From Mobula hypostoma (lineage: Eukaryota), in contig NC_086097.1 in the NCBI RefSeq assembly GCF_963921235.1, forward strand, positions 56,050,001-56,114,000: a stretch of DNA of 64,000 nt. Reading direction: 5' to 3'. Positions 51,245 to 64,000 of this stretch are shown here, piece after piece; within the stretch, counting starts at the first letter, position 1; every line of letters begins with the position of its first letter. Under the pieces are notes generated by a model. That model was not told the origin of the DNA. It saw nothing but the letters and a program-made list of their open reading frames with translations, and searched no databases. Position numbers and translations under genes: made by a program.

Positions 51245-52820
51245 GACCATAAGACATAGGAGCAGTATTAGGCCATTTGGCCCATCGAGTCTGCTCCGCC
51301 ATTCAATCATGGCCGATACTTTTTTCCCCTCTACACCCCACTCCCCAGTCTTCTCCCCGTATCCTTTGATGCCATGTCCAATCAAGAACCTATCAAGCTC
51401 TGCCTTAAATACACCCAACGACTTGGCCTCCACAGCTGCCTATGATAACAAATTCCACAAATTCACCACCCTCTGGCTAAAGAAATTTCTCTGCATCTCT
51501 GTTTTAAATGGATGCCCCTCTATCCTGAGGCTGTGCCCTCTTGTCCTAGACTCCCCCACCATGGGAAAGCAACACTCACAACATGCTGGAGGAACTCAGC
51601 AGGTCGGGCAGCATCCGTGGAAAAGATCAGTTGATGTTTTGGGCTGGAACCCTTTGTCAGGACTGTAGAGGGAAGGGGCAGAGGCCCTATAAAGGAGGTG
51701 GGGGGAGGGTGGGAAGGAGAAGGCTGGTAGGCTCCAGGTGAAAAACCAGTAAGGGAAAAGATAAAGGGGTGGGGGAGCGGAAGCAGGGAGGGGATAGGCA
51801 GGAAAGGTGAAGAAGGAATAGGGGAAAACCCAATGGGTAGTAGAAGGAGGCGGAACCATGAGGGAGGTGGTAGGCAGCTGGGAGAGGGGGCAAAGTGACA
51901 TAGGGATAGGGGAAGGGAGGGGGAGGGAATTACCAGAAGTTGGAGAATTCTATGTTTATAAATTCTATGTTGTGAGTGTTGCTTTGACCCCAGCGTCTGC
52001 AGATTAATTTGTGCCCACCATGGGAAACATCCTTTCCACATCAACTCTGTCTAGGCCTTTTAACATTCAAAAGGTTTCAATGAGATCCCCCCTCATCCTT
52101 CTGAATTCCAGCAAGTACAGACCCAGAGCCATCAAACATTCCTCATATGATAACCCTTTCATTCCTGGAATCATCCTTGTGAACCTCCTCTGAACCCTCT
52201 CCATTGCTAGCACACCTTTTCTTCGATGAGGAGCTCAAAACTGTTCACAATACTCAAGGTGAGGCCTCACCAATGCCTTAAAAAGCCTCAGCCTCACATC
52301 CCTGCTCTTGTATTCTAGACCTCTTGAAATGAATGCTAACATTGCACTTTTCTTCCTCACCACCAACTCTATATGCAAGTTAACCTTTAAGGTGTTCTGC
52401 ACAAGGACTCCCAAGTCCCTTTGCATCTCAGATTTTTGGATTTTCTTCCCATTTAGAAAATAGTCCACACATTTATTTCTTCTACCAAAGTGCATGACCA
52501 TGCATTTTCCAACATTGTATTTCATTTGCTACTTTCTTACCAATTCTCCTAATCTGTCTAAATCCTTCTTCAGTCTACCTGTTTCCTCAACACTATCAAC
52601 CCCTCCACCAATTTTCATATCATCTGCAAACATGGTAACAAAGCCATCTACTTCACCATCTAAATCAATGATACACAGCATAAGAAGAAGCGGTTCCAAC
52701 ACTGACCTGTGTGGAACACCACTAGTCACTGGTAGCCAAGCAGAAAAGGATCCTCTTATTCCCACTTGCTGACTCCTACTAATCAGTCAATGCTCTAACC
52801 ATGCCAGTAACTTTCCTGTA
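51245..52820 (-). mobile_element. CR1 LINE family B, 5'-truncated
   Basis: VTSGVPHRSVL, FADDMKIGG, LVRPHLEYC; GACCATAAGACATAGG tail; split by PLE insertion. Confidence 0.92.
51569..52013 (-). mobile_element. Penelope-like pLTR insertion with 14-bp TSD inside CR1
   Basis: TSD CCCACCATGGGAAA at 51555-51568 and 52014-52027; decayed hammerhead ~51628-51665; short inverted terminus at right. Confidence 0.9.
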
Positions 52821-55117
52821 GAAAGAAGTGACATCGGATCAGAAGATGCAGAATCCCTGTGGGTAAGGTTAAGAAACTGCAAGGGTAAAAAGACCCTGAT
52901 GGGAGTTGTATACAGGCCTCCAAATAGTAGCCAGATATGGGATACAAATTACAACAAGAGCTAGAAAAGGCATGTAAAAGGGGAAGTGTTACGATAGTCA
53001 GGGGAGAGTTTGATATTCAGGTAGATTGAGAAAATCAGGTTGGTGCTGGACCCCAAGAGAGGGAATTTGTAGAATGCCTTTTTAGAGGAAGGAGAAAAAG
53101 TCAGATGTGTCAGTATTACAGTGGAGTAAATGGAGTTAGAGAGAGAAGCCTGTTAAAGTTAACTGTAAGGGGACACTAGCAGGGATGACAGCAGAAGAAC
53201 AATGGCTGAAGTTTCTGGGGACAATTCAGAAGGTGCAGCTTAGATACACCCCAAAGATGAAGAAGTATTCTATATGGAGGTTAAGGCAACTGTGGCTGAC
53301 AAGGGAAATCAAAGACAGCACAAAAGCAAAGGAGAGAGCATGCAATATAGCAAAAGTTAATGGGAAGTTAGAGGACTGGGAAGCTTTAAAAAACCAATGG
53401 AAGGCAACTTAAAAATCTGTAAGGAGAAAAAAAGATGAAATATGAAGGGAAGTTAGCCAATATATAAAAGAGGATACCAGAAGTTCTTTTCAAGTATATA
53501 AAGAATAAAAGAGAGGTAAGAGTGGATATCAGACCACTGGAAAATTATGATTGGGAAGGTGAAAGATCTGAAGGTAAATAAATCACCTGGACCAGGTGGA
53601 CTATGCCCCAGGTTTCTGAAGGCGGTAGCTGAAGAGATTGTGGAGGCATTAGTAATGTTCTTTTAGGAATCACTAGATTTTGGAATGGTTCCAGAGAAAT
53701 GGAAAACTGCATATGTCAATCCATTCTTTAAGAAAGTTGGGAGAATAGAATAGAGGAAATTATAGGCCAGATAGTCCAACATTAATGGTTGGAGGAAGAT
53801 TTTGGAGTTCATTATTAAGGATTAGATTTTGGGGTACTTGGAGGCACATGATAAAACAGGCCAAAGTCATCACGATTTCCTTAAGGGGAATCTTGCCTGA
53901 CAAATCAGTTGGAATGCTTTGAGGAAATAACAGGGAAGATAGACAAAGGAGTCAGTGGCTGTTGTTTACTTGGATTTTCAGAAGATCTTTGACAAGGTGC
54001 CACACATGAGGCTGCTTAGCAAGATAAGAGCACATGGAATTACAGGAAAGATACTTGCATGGGTAGAGCATTGGTTGATTGGCAGGAGGCAAAGTTAGGG
54101 AATAAAGGGGGCCTTTTCTGGTTGGCTACCAGTTACTAGAGGAGTTCTGCGGAGGTCACTGTAGGCGCCGTTTCTTTTCATGTTAAATGTAAATGATTTG
54201 GATGACTGAATTGATGGTTTTGTGGCCAAACTTGTAGACAATCAAAAGATAGCTGGAGGGGCAGGTCATGTTGAGGAAGTAGGGAGTCTGCAAAAGGACT
54301 TAGACAGATTGGGAGAATGGACAAAGAAGTGGCAGATGGAATAGATTTTAGGGAAGTGTATGGTCATGCACTTTGGTAGAAAGAATAAAGGTGCAGACTT
54401 TTCTAAATGGGGAGAAAATTCTAAAATCGGAGTGGCAAAGGGCCATTGGTCCTTGTGCATGTTTCCTTAAGGTTAGCTTGCAGGTTGAGTTGGTGGTGAT
54501 GGAAGTAAATGCAATGTTAGAATTCATTTTGAGAGGACTAGAATATAAGGGCGAGGGTGTAATGCAGTACTTTATAAAGTACTGGTTAGACCACACATGG
54601 AGTATTGTGAGCGTTTTGGGCCCCTTATCTAAGAAAAGATGTACTGGCAATAGAGAGGATCCAGAGAAAGTTCACGAGAATAATTCTGGGAATTAAAAGG
54701 TTAACATATGAGGAGCGTTTGATGGTGCTGAGCCTGTACTCACTGGAGTTTAGAAGAATGAGGGGGCATTTCAATGAAACCAATCAAATATTGGAAGGTC
54801 TATATAGGGTAGGAAGCATCCTTTCGATATCTATAGTGGGTGAGTCTAGGACCAGAGTGCACAGCCTCAGAACAGAGGGACATATATTCAGAACAGTAGT
54901 GAATCAATGGAATTTATTACCACAGGTGACTGTAGAGGCCAAGTCATTGGTATATTTAAAGCGGAAGTCAATAGGTTTTTGATTTGTTAGGACATCAAAG
55001 GTTAGAAGGAGAAGGCAGGGGAATGGGATTGAGAGGGATAATAAGTCAGCCATAATGGAATGACAGGGCAGATTCGGTGGGGCAAATGGCCCTATTCTGC
55101 TCCCATGTTCTATGGTC
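52821..55117 (+). mobile_element. CR1 LINE, degenerate with internal deletions
   Basis: ESLWVRLRN..GVVYRPP, KSPGPGG, NYRP, VYLDFQK.FDKVPH; 3' AATGGCCCTATTCTGCTCCCATGTTCTATGGTC. Confidence 0.88.
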
Positions 55118-55769
55118 ACCAAGTAGATTCCTCAGTTGAAAGGACTGGAGTGAAGAAAAATTGAGCAATTCAGGCCTATTCTCACTGGAAACTGAAAAAA
55201 AACATGGAGATATTTTTGAATTATTGAAGATTCTGAGAGGACTGAGGTTGGATGCTGGGTTACTTTCCCTATTCAGATATCTGGGAGCATGACAGGATTG
55301 GCCATGATGTTAATGAATGGCAAAGAAGGCTCACAAGGTTGATCAGCCTCCTTCAGCCCCTGGTTCTTATTTATATTTTCATACAGATGAAGATAGAGTG
55401 CAATATTCCAGAATGAGGTTCCAACTAAGGATTTGTACAATCAGTGCATAAACCCATCAACACCAATGGTTAAATTCAACACCGTTTGAAATAAAGTCCA
55501 TATTTATCATTTGGAATATTTAGTGCAAATTTACAGGTACAAATTTGGTAGGTGGATGTGAATTCCAGCCTTTCTCCATAGCTCTTGGTCTGTTATCCTT
55601 AAGAATATATTATAATTTTCATTTTGAGATTCACAATATATGCCTTTGCGTTTCTCCACTGCATCGAATCTGAGAGTAAGTGACTGCAGGGTAAGCAACC
55701 CTGCTTATTGACCAGTTCAGCAAAGAAGCAGAAACTTCTTTAAAGAAGTTCTTCAGGGACTTTTTCAAA

Positions 55770-55890
55770 GCAGCAGAAACGTCGACTGTTTATTCATTTC
55801 CCTGGATGCTGCCTGACCTGCTGAGTTTCTCCAGCATCATGTGCCAGTTGCTTTGGATTTCCAACAACTGCAGAATTTCTTGTGTTTAGA
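55770..55890 (+). mobile_element. Penelope-like terminus starting at the 3' half of the hammerhead
   Basis: GAAACGTCGACTG..GATGCTGCCTGACCTGCTGAG..CTGCAGAATTTCTTGTGTTT. Confidence 0.75.
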
Positions 55891-58439
55891 AACTCGCCTA
55901 TCTCGGCTCAAAAGGTACCCTGCTGATTTCAAAATACTTTCTTTCAACTGTTTTGAATACCTTTAAAGTCAGCATGTCATCCTACCCAACCTGCAATCAA
56001 TTTCTATTTCATCTGTCTATTTCTAACACATATAGCACAAATTTGAAAAATTGATTTTTTGTTTAAGTCGCTTCAGATCTAGGTAAATGCTCAAAGCCAT
56101 TCAAGTTTTATTTTGGTTATTGATTCTCTTCGATAAGCAGCGTTTGGCAACAGTGAAATTTGATTCCATTCAATAAATCTGTTGTGTGAATCGATTGCAT
56201 TCTTACTCAACTGACTAAATCTTGCAGGCTCCATTCCCTGACAAATACCTGTTTTGATGGAGTGCAGACTGCAGCGGTGAGGAGCTACTGAACCTCCAGC
56301 CCTGGATTTCCAATAATTAAAATAAACTAGTAGGAATATGAAAGAGTCTGAACTGCATAAGTTAGTTCCATTTACACAGTGAAACACATGTTTCAGCATT
56401 TCAAGATTCAACTTGCCACTCAATTGACATTTCAGGGGGTCTAGAGGGACGGCTGATGTGGGAAACAACAGTACTGAAGGGCTGCAGTAGGGGGCAGTAA
56501 TCTGGATTGGAATTAAAGCAGTGAGCTGCCAAAGACAGAAAAGGATGGCATTACTTCACATCTGATCATACTTTATCTGACCTGCTATACCTAACATTGG
56601 ATGACACAAGTGATTCCAAGTGCTCTTTAAATCAGTTTCCTACTGTTTTTCAGCACACCACATTAGTATTAAGCAGTTAGCCATAAATGCAGTGAAATGG
56701 CATGCAATTTAAATATGTTTTTACAGAAAGCCTTATCCTTGACTAAGATTGCCATTTACCTTTACTGAGTGGGATGCTAAACAATATGCAAATAAAATCA
56801 TGGAGGCTTTTCAAGATTAGACAGGGATTCTGTACACACTAAGTCATGATTATCAATCACTGGCCAGAATTAAGGAATACAATTATAAGTCTTAAAAAGC
56901 AACATTTCCCTCTAGCTCTCACTGATTAAGGTTAGAATTTTTATTCAAAACAAGCATACATCAAAACAAGGCTGCCTCCAGCCTGCTGTCATGTGTAAGT
57001 ACAAGTAGATTCAAATACAGTTCTCATGAACATAAAATGGGTACAATACTTAATAATTTACCAATGTCAGTAAAAGCTTAAAATAACACAGCAGAAGCAA
57101 TATTTCACCTGGAATTATTTGTATTGCTCAAATTTAATATATGATCAACCATAGGTAGGTAAAAAAAAATCATCATCCTCACCTCACCTCTTGAATACGA
57201 GCCATACCTCAAAATGACAGCCAGGTGCACAAGATTGGAACTCAATCATTCTCCTTGTAAGAGGAATCCAGGGAGACAGCAGAAAGGTTGAGGAAGCTTA
57301 CTACAATATTATAATGAAGGTGTTAACCTGGAACTACCCTAAAGAGGTAGTGTAGATAGCAAACATAATATAGAGCAGAAGAAAAAAAAACGGTGGAAGG
57401 AACTTCTAGGACACTCTCTCACTAGAGGGTCCTGATTATCAGTCTATTGCCCATTTGGCAGAAACCTTTGTTATGATTGGTCACCTTGCATCTCACAATT
57501 CTTATGTTCCTTTGCAAGCAGATAACTTTATGTATCACAGGATTTTTAAAAGTTTATTGTACTTATACATTTTTGAAGTGCAGGTCAACATATGAAACAC
57601 GGTAAGACAAAAAAAATGTAGATGAATTCTGTGCCTCCGGAGTAGCATCAATCTAAATGATCTACCTAGCATGGGAGGTAGTGCTCTTCACTCCCTGGAG
57701 AGGACAGTCAACCAGAACATTCACCTCTGCCATCTGGGTAACACACAAAAAGAGCTCTGTACTAAAGTTCAAAAATTAAGTGCTGTACTGACTAAATTAA
57801 AAACATGGTGATAAGGAAATGTAAGAATGCCATTGTTACATAGAAAGTAAATAATATTAATTATGCTTGCATATATTTTTTTCCCAGACTTAAAAATGAT
57901 TTTGATAAGGCTTACTGTTATTTATTCAAGGGACATGGATGTCACCACCAATGCCAGAGAATGCTGCGCATCCTAATTGTTGATAAACCAAGGCAACCAT
58001 GTTGGTCAGGTTGGAGTCACATGAGGACAGTAGAATCCTGATGTAGTGTTTTGACCCAAAGTAATTATAATCCCTCTCTCTCCCATAGATACTGCTCAGC
58101 CCACTGAGTTTGTTCAGCACGACGCGGGTTGCCTAGAAGAGCAGACGGGTGCCTGAATGACACAGAAGTTGGTAAATTGGTTTAGTATTGTCATGTTTAC
58201 CATGGTACAGTGAAAACTCTGTTTTCCAAGCTATCCACACAGATCATTTCATTGCATCTGTACATTCTGGTAGTACAAAGCAAAAAGCAATGACAGAAAG
58301 CAGAATAAAGTGTTACAGAGAAAGTGCAGTGCAGGTAAACATAAGCCACAAGTCCATAATGAGGTTAAGAATCCATTTTATCATACTAGGGGCCATTCAA
58401 TAGTCTCATTACAATGCCATATCTAACAACAATGCATAT

Positions 58440-58817
58440 AACATTAGTGAACAAAATAATCTAAGTGACTTTGACTGTGGAATGATTGTTGGTGCCATAC
58501 GGGGTGGTTTAAGTATCTCAGAAACTGCTGATTTCCTGGGATTTTCATGCACAGCAGTTTCTAGAGTTTACACTCATCTCTAGGCAGTTCAGTGGCTGAA
58601 AATGCCTTGTAAATGAGAGAGATTTGAGGAGAAGGGTCAGACTGGTTCAAACTGACAGGAAGGTGACAGTTACAACAGTGGTGTACATAAGACCATATCT
58701 GAATTGGCAACATGTCAATCCTTAAAGTGGATGGGCTACAGCAGCAGAAGTCCACATACACTCAGTGGCCACTTTATTAGGTACAGGAGACTCCTGGTAA
58801 AGTGGCCACTGAGTGTA
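58440..58817 (+). mobile_element. Tc1-like transposon relic with doubled terminal inverted repeat
   Basis: 58461-58571 encodes LSDFDCGMIVGAIRGGLSISETADFLGFSCTAVSRVY (paired-like HTH); TACACTCAGTGGCCACTTTA / TAAAGTGGCCACTGAGTGTA at 58757-58817. Confidence 0.85.
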
Positions 58818-59784
58818 CATCTGAATACTTTCTGTTCCCTTTCAAACTTAGTCACATCCTTCCTATAGCATAATGACCAGAAATGCACACAACCTGTACC
58901 TGTACCTGTACCCTTATGTTTCGCTGTTCACTAGCACTCCCCGAGGACCTGCCAGTCACTGCATATGTCCTTCCCTGGTTTAACTTTTCCCAAAGTGCAT
59001 CACCTTGCACTATTTTCACTTATTTTCACTGCCTCATCCAAAAATCCCATACTTCAAATAATGCAGCATTCCCTCAATACTACACTGAAATATGAGCAAA
59101 GTAAGATGCCCAAGTCCATGAGAGAAACTAAATCCACAACCCTCTGACTCAATAGTAAAATGGTACCACTTGGCCATACTATTGATTGTATAACTGTTTT
59201 CCATAGATAGGTTAAAATCAGCTGAATGAATACATTTTTGGTGAAAATCCCCAAAATAAAAGATAACCTTTTAAATCACATTCCCTTTTTTCCTCAATGC
59301 CTGGCAATGCTGAATATCTGAATATTATGGTTGAGATTGACACCCCATGTTAATGAGATAGTAATGACAGTCAAAGGTACAAATTACACCAACAGGTCAC
59401 TACTGTGTCATCCACCTCACTGCAGGCATTTCCTTTGCAAAGCTGGTTGGTGTAACAATTAATGGGAATCAAAAAGATCACCTAGCATCTTTGTCCAAAG
59501 ATTGAGGATAACCGGACACCTGTGTGTTTTTTGATTAGATGTAGTTAGATCCTGCCAACTGTACATGCCAACCCATACTTATGATTCCATGAAGAGAGTT
59601 AATAAAAACGCTGTTAGATTTTAAATAAATCTCAGGAGTAGCTTTGGCATTATGAAGGTACGGGGTTATTCTTTCAAATAAGATTTACAGAGATCATATA
59701 AATGCTCATAAGTACTGTATATATACTCATAGCAATCTTAGTTCAGTCCTATTAAATTCCTTTATCAAGGTGAGCAAATATCAA

Positions 59785-60400
59785 AGGATTCAAAGTACAT
59801 TTATTTTTGATGTATGTATGTATGCAGTATACAACCGCGAGATTCAGCTTCTCCACAGACAGCCACAAAACAAAGAAAGCCATGGAATCCATTCAAAGAT
59901 AAACATCAACACCCCCTCCCCACGTGCAAAACAAATTGCACAAACTGCAACAAGAAAAAATTAACAAAATCACAAAATATTAAATGCAAAATCAAAAACG
60001 CCTATTTTCGGTTCAGCTCGGTTTTCTTTATCTGTAGGCTGCCCCGATTCAAAGACACCCAAAATAGCAACAGAAATTGTAGCAACCAGGAACTACAGTC
60101 AAATCCACAAACCGCAGACCCAGAATTTTGGTACCATCCTCTGAAAGCGTCGAGGGGGAGAGAGGCTATTCAAATGCAGGGACCTTCCCTTGGGAGCAGC
60201 AAATAAGAAGGAAAGAGAGATCGTCACACTCAAACACTTTTCTCTGGCAGCAGCGAGCAAGAGGCTGGTAGATGGTGCTGGACACTCACTCACCTTCCAC
60301 ACTCGCCTCGATGTTTCAATCTTCCTCAATGCTTTAATCCGCAAGAAATAGAGTCGATCATGGGCTGCCACCCCATCTCTAAGCCACCATCTATTACGCA
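59785..60400 (-). mobile_element. Non-autonomous retroelement with Rex1-type 3' tail
   Basis: TTCAAAGTACATTTATT..TACAACCGCGAGATTC is the reverse of the tail at 15692-15754; body non-coding. Confidence 0.5.
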
Positions 60401-60859
60401 CTGCAAGAGTTCCTGTTAAAAATGAATATGATAAGAACTAAGCATCCAGCATTTCTAGTGACTAACTTAATTACTCTGGACAACCAAATTAAATTTAAAA
60501 TTCTAATAGTGCTAGAGGCAGATACATTAAGGATATTTAAAAGACTCTTGGATAGGCACATGGATGAAAGAAAAATGGAGGGCTATGTGGCGTTGGTTAA
60601 AAGGTCAGCACAACACAATGGGCAGAAGGGCCTGTACTGTGCTTCACTGTTCTAGTTTCTAAGACAGAACCATATATTTCCATTAATAGCACAATTAAAA
60701 CTGACTCATTTTGCTTGTACAATGATTTAACACTGTAATTTACTACAGCAATAAAAATAAATTGCTCTACTGGCCCATTGCAACTTACGTAATATTTTAT
60801 GAAGTTTGGAAACTCACAAGATGAATATTTCTCATTTAGAACAAAGAGCAAAGACTAAC

Positions 60860-61520
60860 GGACACGGAACAGGTGGCCCATCCCAAACTGACTATGCTGA
60901 CCATAATGCCAAACTAATTCCATCTGCTTGCACGTGGTCTACACCCCATAAATCCTTGCCTGTTCACATGCCTGCCTAAATGCTCTTAAAATTGCTATCA
61001 TTTCTGCTTCAACTACTTTTCCTGGCAGCAGATTCCAGGGACCTTCCATTCTCCATAAAAAATCTAGCCTCATAAATCTCCTTTATATTTTATCCCTCTT
61101 ACTTCCAATATCTGATATATATCCATCCTGGTAAGAAGACTCTATCTACCATATCTATGCCTCTCATAATTTTACTAGAGTTCTCTCAGGTCATCCCTTA
61201 GCGGTGGAGAGAAAACAATCTAAGTTTGTCTAACCTCTCCTTAGATTAGTCTCTAATCCAGATAACATCCTGATAAGTCTCTTCTACACTCTTTCCAAAG
61301 CCTCCACAGCCTTCCTGTAATGCAGTGACGAGAATTAGGCACAATATTCCAAATGCCGCATAACTAGATTTTTATGCACTTGCAACATAAATTCTTGGCA
61401 TTAATACTCAGCATCTCAACCAATGAAGGCAAGTATACCACCCAATCTACTTGTGTTGCCACTTTCAAGGAAATATGGACTTGCACCCCAAGCTCTTCTG
61501 TACATCCTCCCATTTACTGT
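60860..61520 (-). mobile_element. Old CR1 3' fragment
   Basis: CTATCTACCATATCTATGCCTCTCATAATTTT, CTTTCCAAAGCCTCCACAGCCTTCCT and CACAATATTCCAAATG parallel 33330-33750. Confidence 0.75.
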
Positions 61521-61544
61521 AGATTTGGTTTGTTGTTACATTAT

Positions 61545-62101
61545 GAATGGTGTGGTAGTGCTTGTCGCTCTCACTTTCTGCTTCCACCACTGGCTAGCAG
61601 TTTTGCAAAAAGGAGAGCTGAATGTGGAAGTCTCTCCCTGCCAGTATATAGCCTCTCCAACAGCAAGCCTCGTGTAGTGCCTCCTTGCTGGCGACACACA
61701 GAAACTGAACTCCTTTCAGACTCGGGCTGAACTACAGAGGATGGAGAGGAGAGGAGATCTGGCTCCTGCACATGTAGCACGCAGGCCCACAGGTGTTTGG
61801 ACATACCCTGGTGCTTGTCAGCCAGATCCCCAGCTATGGGTAAATACCCCAGTGCCTTGTGGGCAGCCTTGGGAGAGATGAAGGCTACAGGAGTAAACCC
61901 AGACAGAAAATCCAGAGTGGAGCCCCCAAGGTGGCTGGACATCACTGAACATCCTTCTAGCATATCCTGCAGCCAAGCTGGTGTCAAACATATTGTTTCA
62001 TAAGCTTTCCTTTGGACTACACTGGTGAGGCTGAGAGGGGGGTCTTGATGTCCGGGCAGCTCAGGATCTCCTTACCTTCCACCCAGGCTTGTGATGATGA
62101 T
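61545..62101 (+). mobile_element. RTE-derived short non-autonomous element with (TGA)n tail
   Basis: Non-coding; shares internal block with 35315-35905; ends GCTTGTGATGATGAT. Confidence 0.7.
61550..61740 (+). ncRNA. HDV-like self-cleaving ribozyme fold (partly decayed)
   Basis: P2 CCTC-G-TGTAGT (61668-78)/ACTACAGAGG (61731-40); P3 GCC/GGC around L3 TCCTTGCT; P1 3' GACACAC; P4 CTGA/TCGG; J4/2 CTGA with C at 61727. Confidence 0.75.
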
Positions 62102-64000
62102 TTTTAGAGATTTTTTTTAATGTTCAAAATATTTCTCAGTTAGGAAGAATATCTTTCTGGATGTTGAGAAGTTAAATTGGTAAGGACCCTTCTCCACTGC
62201 GTGGACCACTAATTTGCTTCTGTACATCAAATTTACATGAGCATTAAATTTAATCATCTGCTCGTTTATTCTGAACACTTGAAGATAAACAGGACAAAAA
62301 GGACAACCTTGCCAAAAGGTGGACTTTTCTTATGTGTAAATTTAATTTAATTTGAATGTACAAAAATCAGAATTTGGAAATACAATGAATCCCAATGCTT
62401 TGGAAGGTATTTTCAGTGAGTTTTTGCTATTAGAAAGCAACAGTGAGGTAATCTGGCAGTTTTATGAATGATTGCTTGATATCAGACAGCGTGCAAGAGG
62501 TTCATATCTCAGGAACACTCATCACCTGAACTGGTTTCTTTAATGTTGTTGGAACAAGTTTTGTCTACACTTGGCTTGACTACTTTTAGTGTCCCTCATA
62601 GTCCCTTTGATAATTGGTTGAAGTAAAGGGCTATTCTTTTTAATAAAGAGAATTCCCTCAGATTGCCTGTACAGAATTTCACTTCTATTAATTTCAAAAT
62701 ACCAATCGATTTTGAACTGTCCAAATCCATGTACTGTTGGGGACAGTTTAAAAAGAGCAAAGGAAACTAAATATACAGATGAAAATAAGCTTAGATTTAA
62801 AGTGTTTGGAGGGTGGAAGTTCTAGTCCAAACAATCCATTCTATAAAGTTGATATAAGAAGACTTGAATAGCATTGCTGCAGCATGAACAAAATCTGATT
62901 AAAATGCAAAATGTTCACTCTGTGATTCCATTCGATTGCAATAACATGGTCTTTGAGTACTTTCTGCAAATACTTTCAAAAGGGCTTTTTCCTTTATATT
63001 CATTTAACATTGCTAGAATGCACAAGGTATGGTGAGAATGTTAATTTGTGAAATTTTGAAAATATCAAACTAATGAGAAGATTACAGCAGGATTCTTTGT
63101 TATATTAAAAAGACATTTAGCATTCCTGAAAGCTCTATAAGAGTAAATGAATGCTGACCCATACAGCAGGTTTTCAATGCACACAGCTTAAAATTCAATA
63201 GCCACTTTGTCGAGGCATCCAAAATTTAAAGTTAATTAATAAGCTTGCTTCTGGTTTCCATAGATTCCTTTCAAATGCAAGTGCCATGATAGATGAACAG
63301 TAACTTATGCAAAGTTCTCATTAAGCAGCCACTGAAAAGGACAACTAAAAGCAAATGCTGTGACCACCATTTATATTATCCTTTTGCCAATTTTATTTGG
63401 GACTTTTACTTTTAGAACAGTAATAACTGTTTAACTGCAGCAGTGCTATTGATGTATAGGAATATAATAGAACAGCACAGAAAGCATTGACTATGAATGC
63501 AAAGTATAAAAAGGCAATGCATGGTTTATTCTTGTAAATATTTTTTATTATGAATAAGGTCTATTTGATAATTAATAAAAATAACTGGTTAACTGAAGGG
63601 AAAATAAAATGTCTTCTGATAAAATAATTCTAAACAAGATAAATAGGTAATTTATAGAAATCCATACAAATCAGAACTGTTTAGCCTTATTAATATAGAT
63701 ACTAGCTGCATATAATAAAACACACATATTTTTGCTTAAATTATAGAGTATTAAAGAGTCTATGTAGTTTGTGTACCACTTACAAAATATCAAAGTTTTA
63801 TCTTCAGATTTGAATTATATTCAATATTTTCATTGAAAAATAGATTTGCAACTAAAAGAACATAAGAAGCAGGAGAGGAATAGCCAATTAAGCCCATTGA
63901 ACATGGGTGATTCTTTACCTCTGCGCCATTCCCTTAATGTTCACGTGGATTGTTCTTAATATTTAATATGTATAATCAGTTGTTATATCGAAACTGGGCA

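Noticed and set aside
1..64000. CRISPR array, rRNA or prokaryotic/viral gene cluster
   Set aside because: No regularly spaced repeats, rRNA motifs or operon-like coding density; content is vertebrate repeat DNA.

Overview
Vertebrate non-coding DNA made mostly of transposon debris. The repeat mix (CR1 LINEs, Penelope-like elements, Rex1/Babar, V-SINEs, Deu-domain SINEs) suggests a cartilaginous fish, probably a ray or shark; this is inference. No host protein-coding gene could be supported, and the recognisable ORFs are all broken retroelement or transposase frames. The most interesting signal is RNA structure. (i) Short non-coding RTE-derived elements carry HDV-like ribozyme folds at their 5' ends: a near-canonical one at 61550-61740 and an atypical one with a compensatory base-pair change between copies at 22.2 kb and 35.8 kb. 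(ii) A third RTE-type short element has a different, unassigned 5' fold (38.6 kb). (iii) Penelope-like foldback insertions carry minimal hammerhead ribozymes, 14-bp target-site duplications and a recurring ~35-45 nt arm asymmetry. (iv) There is a twin-priming-like 5' inversion in a non-L1 element, and two Tc1/mariner derivatives have nested terminal inverted repeats. All family names come from motif recognition by eye, and boundaries of old relics are approximate.
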